The position numbers and the translations under genes were made by a program. A DNA stretch of 59,182 bases from Candidatus Magasanikbacteria bacterium RIFOXYD1_FULL_40_23. GTDB taxonomy: Bacteria; Patescibacteriota; Patescibacteriia; Magasanikbacterales; GWA2-37-8. This document shows, piece by piece, positions 19,181-28,210 of the stretch. The notes beneath the pieces were generated by a model. The model searched no databases. It was not told where the DNA came from and was given only the letters and a program-made list of their open reading frames with translations. Position 1 is the first letter of the stretch. Every line of letters starts with the position of its first letter. The stretch is from contig MFRA01000002.1 in assembly GCA_001783215.1 (NCBI GenBank), positions 1-59,182 on the forward strand, written 5' to 3'.

Positions 19181-21202
19181 CTAGCGACGGGACGATCGAG
19201 AATCAAATTTTGAATGACTGTCCGATCCAGAATCTTCATCTTTATCATTTTCACCCTTCTCCTTTTCCTTCACAGAAAAAAGAGCAGTATGATTTAAGCC
19301 GGTTATAACCGTCATATTACCTACATGACAAACTGTCTCACCCGGCTTCCAGTTGGCGCACTCACCTATTGCATCAAATTTATTCTTGGTCACACGAACA
19401 CCACCTGAACAACTGTTACCCCTAGTTACAGAAGCTCCTGGCACATCTCTAATACATAAATCATGATTGTACCAAGGCATGCTTATAGTTTTTGTTTCAC
19501 CAGCTGGTAAATCTGCATTGATTGTAACGGCTGGAATATTCCTAATAACATCTGAAACAGAAATAGTAATAGCCGTATTTGGGGCAATAGGCGTAGTACC
19601 ATTTGGGAAAACTACTGCAAAAGTTTGATTGCCATTAGAAGAGATGCTTACAGTATTACCATCTGTAAAACCTACGCCGCCATTTACTACCAACTGTTGA
19701 TCTTCAAAATGAAGGCCGTATATCATTACACGATGATTGAAACTGTCTGCTACATAAATATGATCGGCTAATGCATCATAATAAATATCGTCTACCCCTC
19801 GCATAAGAGATCTTGAGACAGAAGAACTGCTAACATTTAGATCGTAAGCATTGAAAATTGTGGTAAGATTTGGTTGTCCCAAAACATTAACGGCCGCTTC
19901 ACCATTTACAAGAGAAGTATCATCAAAAATTAAAAGGCGGCTATTGCTACCATCGGCCAAGAACATGCGGTTGTTCGCCGTGTCAAAAGACACTCCATAA
20001 GGCTCCCATAAACCACAGGCATTGCCCGCACCATTAGACCCTCCACCACAAGCTGTGTTAGCGGTAGCAGTTGTAAAATCTGGTTGACCAAGCACCTTAC
20101 TGGCTGGAGCACCATTAGAAAAACTAGCTGGATTGAAACTTTCCCAAACCATTACACGATTATTTTGACAATCTGCAACATACAAACGACTCTTAGCTGT
20201 ATCGAAATCTACATCACAAACCAATCCTAATCCAGCTTGAGTTGTTTGAGTTCCTCTAGTAACAAAATCAGCTTTTCCAAGCACACCTACTGCAGATTCA
20301 CCATTAGTAATTGAACCGGTATCAAAAACTAAAACGCGCTGATTGTCATTATCGGCAACAAACAATCGTCCGGCAGCACCACTTACCCCAATTGGATAAT
20401 CAAAACCACAGGAGTTTGTGCTGGTATTATTGCCACCTACTCCACCACCGCAAGGGTTGTTTATAGTAGCAGAAACAAAGTTTGGTTGACCTAATACATA
20501 TGTCCAAGCTGGACCACTTGAAATAGAAGCGTGGCTTGTAGGTAAATCAATACCAACCACACGGTAGTTATTTACATCTGATATCCAAAGACGATTTGCA
20601 GAAGCATCAAACCAAAGAGCTGACGGTCTAGATAATCCACAGGCATTTACAGATCCACTTGATCCTCCACCGCAGGCAGTATTGATTTCACCAGAAGTTA
20701 AACTAGCTTGTCCAAAAACACGATCAGCAGGACGATTGTTAAAATTAGAACCGGGCACAGTGTTTAAGTAAACTAAAACACGATTATTTGCACCGTCGGC
20801 AACAAACAATGTTTTTTGAACAGAGTCAAAAGCTACGCCTTCTGGAAAGTACATTGAGTTTGCAGTTGGAGGTTGAACAGCGCCATAATTTGGATCACCT
20901 ACATTTATACCAGTTGTAAAATCTGGCTGACCAAGCACCCAACCAGCTTCCATACCACTGACTACGGCTAATTTTGCTACAGCGGAAGAAGGAGTGCTTC
21001 TCTGATCAGACGCCACAGTTTCCAAACCAGAATTTCTTTCGCTTACTCTATTTACTAACTTTGCAGATGATTGCTGAGAAACAAATAATAACATTAGTTC
21101 CAACATAACAATCGTACCAACTAAAAAAGACGTAGGGATACTACGAAAAAATTTTAACGGTGATTTGGATGATGATTTAACAACAGCTTTGCGTCTAGGC
21201 AT
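19181..21202 (-). CDS. Exported NHL-repeat beta-propeller protein
   Basis: Repeated (L/M)FVAD..NNRVLV and VLGQPDFT blades; CGGG...CG loops; N-terminal hydrophobic segment. Confidence 0.88.
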   Translation of the reverse strand: MPRRKAVVKSSSKSPLKFFRSIPTSFLVGTIVMLELMLLFVSQQSSAKLVNRVSERNSGLETVASDQRSTPSSAVAKLAVVSGMEAGWVLGQPDFTTGINVGDPNYGAVQPPTANSMYFPEGVAFDSVQKTLFVADGANNRVLVYLNTVPGSNFNNRPADRVFGQASLTSGEINTACGGGSSGSVNACGLSRPSALWFDASANRLWISDVNNYRVVGIDLPTSHASISSGPAWTYVLGQPNFVSATINNPCGGGVGGNNTSTNSCGFDYPIGVSGAAGRLFVADNDNQRVLVFDTGSITNGESAVGVLGKADFVTRGTQTTQAGLGLVCDVDFDTAKSRLYVADCQNNRVMVWESFNPASFSNGAPASKVLGQPDFTTATANTACGGGSNGAGNACGLWEPYGVSFDTANNRMFLADGSNSRLLIFDDTSLVNGEAAVNVLGQPNLTTIFNAYDLNVSSSSVSRSLMRGVDDIYYDALADHIYVADSFNHRVMIYGLHFEDQQLVVNGGVGFTDGNTVSISSNGNQTFAVVFPNGTTPIAPNTAITISVSDVIRNIPAVTINADLPAGETKTISMPWYNHDLCIRDVPGASVTRGNSCSGGVRVTKNKFDAIGECANWKPGETVCHVGNMTVITGLNHTALFSVKEKEKGENDKDEDSGSDSHSKFDSRSSRR

Positions 21203-21363
21203 AAAATTTATTTAAAATACTAAATTAAATAATTAATAAAAATATTATACCATGTAAATTATTATTTACATAATTTGAATACCTGACACAAAAAGGTTGC
21301 AAAATTTTTCCTCTGGCATATACTACATTATGGCGAATTCCTCTGAAGTATAGGGGGTGGAAA

Positions 21364-22044
21364 ATGCCATTTCAAAATATTAAGCCAATTACGGTGTTGT
21401 GCCAAGACAACACCAAAACAACGGCTTTGTCTACTATTTACTCTGCTATTGTCTGCGTACTATATCATGCAGGCGTTTTGGCAGAGTACAACCGGTTGTT
21501 TAACAACAGTACAGGAGTCTACGCTTTTAAAAAAACTGGCGTAGGTGTTAAGCAACATATTGCTAAAGCACGCAAACAAAGCATGGCTGGAGCGCTCAAT
21601 GCGGCCGCTCTACTAGACTTTATTGCAAACGATACAAGTCGCAGCTCGGAAGATAGGTACGATATCGCTCTTATAACAGAAAGTCTTCATTGGACTTATG
21701 GATCGCCACGACTGGTTGGTGGCGTTGGTATGCAGCACCAAGGGTCCGTTGTAACTTATGCGGACCTGCTCTATATTCTCCAGTCGGTGAACGGAGAATC
21801 CGGACTCACTAAGTTTAATCTTTTTTTGAAAATGCGAACTGTGCATGAGCTTGGCCACGTGTTTGGACTTTGGCCCAACACTGCTCCAATAAACGCCACC
21901 GACGAAGAGATGGCTCAAGCACACTGTCCAAACTACTGCGTAATGTATTGGACATTGAAAGAAGATTTCATAGAAAAAATCCGGACAAGACCATTTTGTC
22001 CTTCGTGCTTGGCACAACTAAAAAGCTTCTTTATAAAACGATAA
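21364..22044 (+). CDS. Archaemetzincin-like (M54) zinc metalloprotease
   Basis: HELGHVFGL ... HCPNYCVM ... FCPSC. Confidence 0.75.
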   Translation: MPFQNIKPITVLCQDNTKTTALSTIYSAIVCVLYHAGVLAEYNRLFNNSTGVYAFKKTGVGVKQHIAKARKQSMAGALNAAALLDFIANDTSRSSEDRYDIALITESLHWTYGSPRLVGGVGMQHQGSVVTYADLLYILQSVNGESGLTKFNLFLKMRTVHELGHVFGLWPNTAPINATDEEMAQAHCPNYCVMYWTLKEDFIEKIRTRPFCPSCLAQLKSFFIKR

Positions 22045-22166
22045 AACGCCTCGTGTCACCGCACGAGGTTTATGTTATTACAAAAAAACAACCAAGTAGT
22101 ATAGCTGTTTTTTTGGAACGTTCGCTTGTGGCACGCTAAGCGTGCCTATAACGACGCTCAGCGTCG

Positions 22167-22238
22167 TGTCCTCGTTAGGAGTCGAACCTAAATTTCCGGC
22201 TTCGCAGGCCAGTGTCCTATCCATTGAACGACGAGGAC
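22167..22238 (-). tRNA. tRNA-Arg(GCG)
   Basis: GTCCTCG/CGAGGAC acceptor, CTGGC-CT-GCG-AA-GCCGG anticodon arm, GTTCGA T-loop; CCA not encoded. Confidence 0.93.
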
Positions 22239-22245
22239 TTGTGTC

Positions 22246-22752
22246 TTAATGCAACTTGAACACTCGGCCTAACCTATCGCTAAGAGGTTCTTCTTCTTGA
22301 TCTACATCCTCCAAGATAAACTGGTTAAGATAATCCCTAACCGGCAATGGATCGATGTCTAGAAGCGGAACCTGCAAACGATGTTTTAAGAGGTTGTTGG
22401 TTACAAAATAGATGTTTTTAACTTCTGGCGGATTATAGACTATCCAATACTTTGTTACCTCTTTAAAAGGATAATAGCTATCTCCTACCACTATTCCCGC
22501 CTCTGTAATGGCAAAGAAAACTTCTAGTGGAGCCTGGGTATCTTGTAGGAACAAAATGATACCAAACAGCACCACTATAAGCGCAAATAGATAATTACCA
22601 GAAATAATGGAAAAAAGCAATAGCGCGGCTCCAATCAAGCCCATCACTAAATACCAACGGCTACTGCGCTCGTGCTGGTTATATTCAGTCACAGACCAAG
22701 AAAAAACAACCTCGCCTGTGTTTGCATCTTCTCTGCTTAAGTTAACTGACAT
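22246..22752 (-). CDS. Conserved membrane protein (DUF5673-like)
   Basis: FSW...EY..HERS..WY, two TM helices, PH-like tail. Confidence 0.7.
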   Translation of the reverse strand: MSVNLSREDANTGEVVFSWSVTEYNQHERSSRWYLVMGLIGAALLLFSIISGNYLFALIVVLFGIILFLQDTQAPLEVFFAITEAGIVVGDSYYPFKEVTKYWIVYNPPEVKNIYFVTNNLLKHRLQVPLLDIDPLPVRDYLNQFILEDVDQEEEPLSDRLGRVFKLH

Positions 22753-22758
22753 AAGATT

Positions 22759-22843
22759 TTGATTTTGCGAAATTAATTCAGCAGAATTATGTCGGGCAGT
22801 GTCATTTGAAGCCCGACCTCGGCGTCCTTTGAAACGCGACGCC
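22759..22843. repeat. Dispersed repeat family A, copy 2 (with extra half unit)
   Basis: ttgattttgcgaaa-ttaattcagcagaa-ttatgtcgggc...gcccgac, then ggcgtcctttgaaacgcgac. Confidence 0.8.
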
Positions 22844-22974
22844 GTATTATTAACTTTTTGTGATTGTGTTTAGTATATCATAATTCACATACAAGGGTCA
22901 AAGAACAAAATTGCTTTCACGATTATTTTATGTTAAAATTAATATTCCTGAATTGATTTAATATTGATGCATAT

Positions 22975-24450
22975 ATGATGGAAGAGCAACCACCAATAAA
23001 TTTACTTCAACCTCAAAATCTTCCTCTTACTCCTCCCCCAACCAACAAAACTAAAAGGGCGGTGTTTTTAATTTTAGGCGTAACCATTATACTGCTTTTG
23101 CTCTTACGCAACTACAACATGACCAGATGGCCAACTAGCGCTTCTGATTATGATCCAACTACTCTCAAACCAAAAAAGATAGGCTTCCTACAGACTGTAC
23201 GAAACTTTATTTTCAAATCGGAAAACGTAATGACTGGCCAACAAGAAGACAGGATAAATATTTTATTACTAGGAATTGGCGGCTCTGGCCACGACGGACC
23301 TTATCTTAGCGATACCAATATCATACTTAGCATCAAGCCTAGCACCAACCAGGTGGCTATGATATCTGTACCCAGAGATCTGGCGGCCAAAATGGGGAAT
23401 TATGGTTTTAGAAAAATAAATAACGCCAATGCTTTTGGCGAATTAGAACAATCCGGCAATGGCGGCGAATATGCTCGCAAAGTTTTTGAAGATACTTTCA
23501 ATATAAGCCTGCCCTATTATGCTCGCGTAGACTTTGCTGCGTTCAAAGAACTAATAGACGCTGTGGGTGGTATAAACGTAGATGTGCAAAGATCTTTTGT
23601 AGATACGGCTTACCCAGGACCAAACGATTCTTTCCAAACAATTTCTTTTGAAGCTGGCCCACAACACATGGATGGCGAACGTGCCCTTATCTTTACTCGC
23701 TCTCGCCACGGCTCAAATGGCGAAGGTTCAGATTTTGCCAGAGCAAAACGCCAACAAATAATGCTAGCTGCTTTCAAGAAAAAATTATTATCTAGCGAGA
23801 CATTCCTAAATCCGATTACTCTGCAAAAAGTTATTTCTTCTCTATCCAAACATATTGTAACCAATATAGACTTTGGACAAATAATGTTTTTGGCTGGCTT
23901 AGCCAAAGAAATAGACAACGAAAATATAAAAACTCTAGTTCTAACCGACGCACCCAACGGATTCTTAAAACCTATTACCGGTGAAGGTGGTGCTTATCTA
24001 CTAGCACCAAAAACTGGAAATTTTGACGCCATATCCGCAGCCATAAATAATATTTTTGATGCAACCAGCACCCCAATAGTTTCTATCCCAGATCAAAAAC
24101 CTACGCAGACCCCATCTATCGCCATACCTAACGCTAAAATAGAAATCCAAAACGGTACTTGGCGTGCCGGACTAGCTGCACTAAAGAAACAACAGCTAGA
24201 AAAAGAAGGTTTATTTATATCTGGCGTAGGAAACAGCGCCAAAAGACCTATTTCTATCACTACTATATATATAGTAAACAAAGACGTGCCACAGGCCACC
24301 ATAGACTCTATAACAAGCAAAATAAAGGCCTCCTCCACTGCCAGCTTGCCAGAATGGCTTACTTTAGCGTATAATGAGCCAAGCTCTTCTACAGGCACCC
24401 CGAAGTCCAAACCGGACATCATTATAATTCTAGGAGAAGACGCTATTTAA
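22975..24450 (+). CDS. LCP (LytR-CpsA-Psr) family protein with LytR_C domain
   Basis: INILLLG, SDT, SVPRD, KINNA, RSRH, SDFARAKRQQ; C-terminal IEIQNGT..GLA and DIIIILGED. Confidence 0.93.
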   Translation: MMEEQPPINLLQPQNLPLTPPPTNKTKRAVFLILGVTIILLLLLRNYNMTRWPTSASDYDPTTLKPKKIGFLQTVRNFIFKSENVMTGQQEDRINILLLGIGGSGHDGPYLSDTNIILSIKPSTNQVAMISVPRDLAAKMGNYGFRKINNANAFGELEQSGNGGEYARKVFEDTFNISLPYYARVDFAAFKELIDAVGGINVDVQRSFVDTAYPGPNDSFQTISFEAGPQHMDGERALIFTRSRHGSNGEGSDFARAKRQQIMLAAFKKKLLSSETFLNPITLQKVISSLSKHIVTNIDFGQIMFLAGLAKEIDNENIKTLVLTDAPNGFLKPITGEGGAYLLAPKTGNFDAISAAINNIFDATSTPIVSIPDQKPTQTPSIAIPNAKIEIQNGTWRAGLAALKKQQLEKEGLFISGVGNSAKRPISITTIYIVNKDVPQATIDSITSKIKASSTASLPEWLTLAYNEPSSSTGTPKSKPDIIIILGEDAI

Positions 24451-24458
24451 ACATACAA

Positions 24459-24546
24459 GTATAGGGGCTAAAGCCACATATATACTCATTCGCTCGTATA
24501 AAAAGTTAAATACATTTAACTTTTATACTCACTCATTTCGCATATG
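24459..24546 (+). repeat. Repeat family B copy before der
   Basis: gtataggggctaaagccacatatatactcattcgctcg-hairpin-tcactcatttcgcatATG. Confidence 0.8.
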
Positions 24547-25932
24547 GCTACTCCCGCAAAAATCGTTGATCAAGACTTACCTACCGTTGCTTTGGTGGGG
24601 CGGGTTAATGTTGGCAAATCTAGCCTATTTAACAAAATCATAGAAGAAAATAAAGCTATTGTTTCGGATATTCCGGGCACTACTAGAACTAGAAACATCG
24701 GCCTAGTGAGCTGGCGCGGCAAAAACTTTACCCTAGTAGATACTGGTGGTATTACCTTCTCCGAAGACATCCCTTTGGAAGACGAAATTATAAAACAAAC
24801 AGAGCTTGCCATAAAAGAGGCGGACTTAATTATTTTTGTAGTAGATGTACAAACCGGACTTCTGCCTCAAGAAAGAGACTTGGCCAAACGCTTAATAAAA
24901 CAAAAAGGCAAAACTATATTTGTTGCCAACAAAGCCGACAGCGAGAGAATGCGCATGGATGTACACGAAGGCGAGTGGCTAAAACTGGGCTTGGGCGAAC
25001 CTTTCCCTGTTTCTGCAGCTAACGGATCAAACATAGGCAACTTACTAGACGAAATATTTAAACGCTTAGGCAAAACAAGCAAAAAACCAAAACGAGTCAA
25101 AGAAGAAAAACCTGCAATCAAAGTGGCCCTTATTGGTAAACCAAATGTGGGCAAATCTTCTTTGTTTAATGATTTAATCGGCAAAGACGAAGTAATTGTT
25201 AGTCCCTTAGCACATACCACTCGTGAACCGCACGACACTCTAGTAGAAGTAAATGGCCAGCCAATTATCTTTGTAGATACTGCCGGTATCCGCCGCAAAG
25301 CCAAAGTTTCCGGAGAACTAGAAAAAGCCGGCATTGGCAAAAGCATAAACATGATCAAAAAAGCCGATATTGTACTTTTGGTTCTAGATGCTAGCGAAAC
25401 TATAACTACCCAAGATCAACAATTAGCCGGACTGCTCCGAGAAAATACTCGCAGCACGATTATTTTGGTAAACAAATGGGATTTGGTAGAAAAAGAAAAT
25501 ACCGATGAATTTAAAAATAATTTCAAAGCCAGAATTTACGCCGACTTCCCTCATTTGGATTTTGCACCGATTATCTTTATCAGCGCCAAAACCAAATACA
25601 AAGTACACGAAATATTCCCGCTTATTTTCCGCGCTTGGGAGGAAAGGCATCTTATTATTCCCGAAGCTGAACTACAAGCATTTTTCAAAAAAACCATTAA
25701 AGAGCATAGACCTGCTCGTGGCAAGGGTACCCGCCACCCAGATATTATGTCTTTCTACCAACTACACAACAACCCACCTCTTTTTGAAATGATGATTAAA
25801 TTCAAAACTTCTATTCACTTTTCTTACGTGCGCTATTTCGAAAACCGCCTGCGCGAAGAGTTCGGCTTCTTTGCTACCCCGATTGTAATCAAACTTACCA
25901 AACTACGAAGAAATATTACCAACTTGAAATAA
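24544..25932 (+). CDS. der: Ribosome biogenesis GTPase Der
   Basis: Two tandem G-domains (GRVNVGKS, GKPNVGKS; DTGG, DTAG; NKAD, NKWD) plus KH-like C-terminus. Confidence 0.96.
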   Translation: MATPAKIVDQDLPTVALVGRVNVGKSSLFNKIIEENKAIVSDIPGTTRTRNIGLVSWRGKNFTLVDTGGITFSEDIPLEDEIIKQTELAIKEADLIIFVVDVQTGLLPQERDLAKRLIKQKGKTIFVANKADSERMRMDVHEGEWLKLGLGEPFPVSAANGSNIGNLLDEIFKRLGKTSKKPKRVKEEKPAIKVALIGKPNVGKSSLFNDLIGKDEVIVSPLAHTTREPHDTLVEVNGQPIIFVDTAGIRRKAKVSGELEKAGIGKSINMIKKADIVLLVLDASETITTQDQQLAGLLRENTRSTIILVNKWDLVEKENTDEFKNNFKARIYADFPHLDFAPIIFISAKTKYKVHEIFPLIFRAWEERHLIIPEAELQAFFKKTIKEHRPARGKGTRHPDIMSFYQLHNNPPLFEMMIKFKTSIHFSYVRYFENRLREEFGFFATPIVIKLTKLRRNITNLK

Positions 25933-25968
25933 ACCCTTATACATACTGATAGATACTTATTCATATCG

Positions 25969-26055
25969 CATATATGGGCTAAAGCCACATACATGCTCGT
26001 TCGTTCGGAAATAATCAAAAACATTTGATTATTTCTCTCACTCACTTCGCATATG
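25969..26055 (+). repeat. Repeat family B copy before the 26053 ORF
   Basis: catatatgggctaaagccacatacatgctcgttcgttcg-hairpin-tctcactcacttcgcatATG. Confidence 0.8.
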
Positions 26056-26364
26056 AGCGAAAGAAGCGGCGGAGAAAAAAATATAGAAGAATACCTTTAC
26101 CAAGAATATGATGGTATGATGAATGAAGTCGTATTCAAACTTGTAGAACTAGCGGCCGCAAACGTTAGCGTTAATTTAACGGACAAAGAAATTCGCCGAA
26201 TCAAAGAACTTAATTCCAGAAGAAGCAATATTTTAGAAGTCCAACACGCTGCAAAATCAAAATCTACCGAAGAAAAGATAAAAAGCTACCAAGAAATAAT
26301 CCCAATGCTTAAAGAACTGTTAGATGATATGAAAAAATTCGAGGCAAAAATACTTCCTCGGTAA
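26053..26364 (+). CDS. Hypothetical helical protein
   Basis: 103-aa charged ORF co-oriented between der and pth. Confidence 0.6.
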   Translation: MSERSGGEKNIEEYLYQEYDGMMNEVVFKLVELAAANVSVNLTDKEIRRIKELNSRRSNILEVQHAAKSKSTEEKIKSYQEIIPMLKELLDDMKKFEAKILPR

Positions 26365-26380
26365 TACATCTATTCATTTT

Positions 26381-26911
26381 ATGAAACTAATAGTCGGTCT
26401 AGGCAATCCAGAACCGGAATATACTAACACACGCCACAACGCGGGGTTTCTGGTAATTGATAAATTAGTACAAAATTTGGAAACAAACACTTCTTTTGAT
26501 AAAAAGGCTAATGCAGAAGTATTTAAAACTACTATAAATAAAAAAAGGGCTATTCTGGCTAAACCACTTACCTACATGAATAATTCCGGCACCGCCGTAC
26601 GGGCACTAATGGATTTTTATAAAATAAAATTGGAAAACTTAATCGTAATTCACGACGACAAAGATATTCCTCTTGGAGAAACTAGGCTGCAAACCAACCG
26701 TGGCCCAGCCGGACATAATGGTATCAAATCAATCATCGAACATTTAGGTACACAAAACTTTACTCGCATTCGCGTAGGTGTCGCTCCAGACAAACAGGAA
26801 AGTATAAAAGATACAGCCGGTTTTGTTTTGGGTAAATTTACTGCCGCGGAAATGCAATCTTTAAAAAAAGTTATAGAAAACATAGCTAAAGAAATTGAAA
26901 CTTTGATTTAG
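26381..26911 (+). CDS. pth: Peptidyl-tRNA hydrolase
   Basis: LIVGLGNP, TRHNAGF, KPLTYMN, HDD, GHNGIKS. Confidence 0.97.
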   Translation: MKLIVGLGNPEPEYTNTRHNAGFLVIDKLVQNLETNTSFDKKANAEVFKTTINKKRAILAKPLTYMNNSGTAVRALMDFYKIKLENLIVIHDDKDIPLGETRLQTNRGPAGHNGIKSIIEHLGTQNFTRIRVGVAPDKQESIKDTAGFVLGKFTAAEMQSLKKVIENIAKEIETLI

Positions 26912-27027
26912 GTTGTCATCCCGAGCAAGCCTCGTGGCGACGAGGGATCTATTCAGATTAAAAAATATTTATTTTAGTTTATCGGATTAGGTCCCTCGTC
27001 GGCTACGGCCTCACTCGGGATGACAAC
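26912..27027. repeat. GTCATCCCGAG...CTCGGGATGAC palindromic (REP/RPE-like) element
   Basis: Terminal inverted repeat gttgtcatcccgag/ctcgggatgacaac; inner stem cgacgagggatct/aggtccctcgtcg. Confidence 0.75.
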
Positions 27028-27059
27028 AACTCCTTACCACTCACACTTTACTCCCAATC

Positions 27060-28139
27060 ATGAAATATCACGCCGCCCTGGCTCACTTCCCAAAAATAAC
27101 TTACAACCGCTACCAAAAACTGGCGGCTTATTTTTCTGATTTTAAAGATCTTTGGGAAGCGGAAATAAATGATCTTGTGCCCGCCGGACTAGAAGCAAAT
27201 ATTGCCAATGAATTTTTGGCTTGGCGCGAAGTTAACCCGATAGAAAAAATAATGGAAAATCTAAACAAAGAAAATATACATACTATTTCTATAAACGAAC
27301 CTGGTTACCCACGACTGTTGAAAGAAATAAATGATCCGCCACACACTTTGTTTATCCGTGGAATTTTGCCGCCAGACGAATCTCCAACTTTAGGCGTAGT
27401 TGGCACCAGAAAATTTACCGCTTATGGCAAATTGGCTTGCCAAGAAATCGTGGGTCCGCTAGCCAAACAAGGCGTAGTTATTGTAAGCGGACTAGCTCTC
27501 GGCATAGACGGCATAGCTCATCAAACTACATTAGACAACAGCGGCACTACTATTGCGGTGCTAGGTGGGGGTGTAGATAAAAAAACAATTGCACCTCCAT
27601 CTCATAACAATCTAGCAGAAAAAATCATTGCTAACGGCGGAGCGGTGGTATCCGAATACCCGCCTGGATTTGCGCCTACCGCCTATTCGTTTCCCGCCCG
27701 CAATCGTATTATCGCTGGCCTAAGTTTGGGCACGCTTATTATAGAAGCGGCCGAAATTTCTGGCGCGCTTATTACCACCCGTTGCGCCCTAGACTATAAC
27801 CGCGAAGTTTTTGCTGTTCCCCACCCGATTAACTCGCCCACTGGCATTGGCCCAAATAATTTAATAAAAATGGGCGCCAGGTTAGTTGCTGAATCTAAAG
27901 ATATTTTGGAATCATTAAATATCCAGGAGATAAAAGAAATAATAAATAGCAATAAAGGCACACCAACTAACCCTACCGAAGCCAAAATACTAGAGTGTCT
28001 TTCCAAAGAACCTGTGCATATAGATCTTATTATAAAAACGACCGGCTTAGAGAGCCCAACGGTAAATAGCGCCCTGGTACTTATGGAGATGAGGGGGCGA
28101 GTTCGCAACTTGGGAGGAATGAATTATATTATTAAATAA
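27060..28139 (+). CDS. dprA: DNA-processing protein DprA
   Basis: VVGTR, VSGLALGID, FPARNRII, GALIT, C-terminal winged helix. Confidence 0.96.
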   Translation: MKYHAALAHFPKITYNRYQKLAAYFSDFKDLWEAEINDLVPAGLEANIANEFLAWREVNPIEKIMENLNKENIHTISINEPGYPRLLKEINDPPHTLFIRGILPPDESPTLGVVGTRKFTAYGKLACQEIVGPLAKQGVVIVSGLALGIDGIAHQTTLDNSGTTIAVLGGGVDKKTIAPPSHNNLAEKIIANGGAVVSEYPPGFAPTAYSFPARNRIIAGLSLGTLIIEAAEISGALITTRCALDYNREVFAVPHPINSPTGIGPNNLIKMGARLVAESKDILESLNIQEIKEIINSNKGTPTNPTEAKILECLSKEPVHIDLIIKTTGLESPTVNSALVLMEMRGRVRNLGGMNYIIK

Positions 28140-28210
28140 TAGCCACCAAGGTTGACAAATGATATAATTTGTATTAACCTTAATATTTGTAAATCAAAAT
28201 AATTTTTTCC

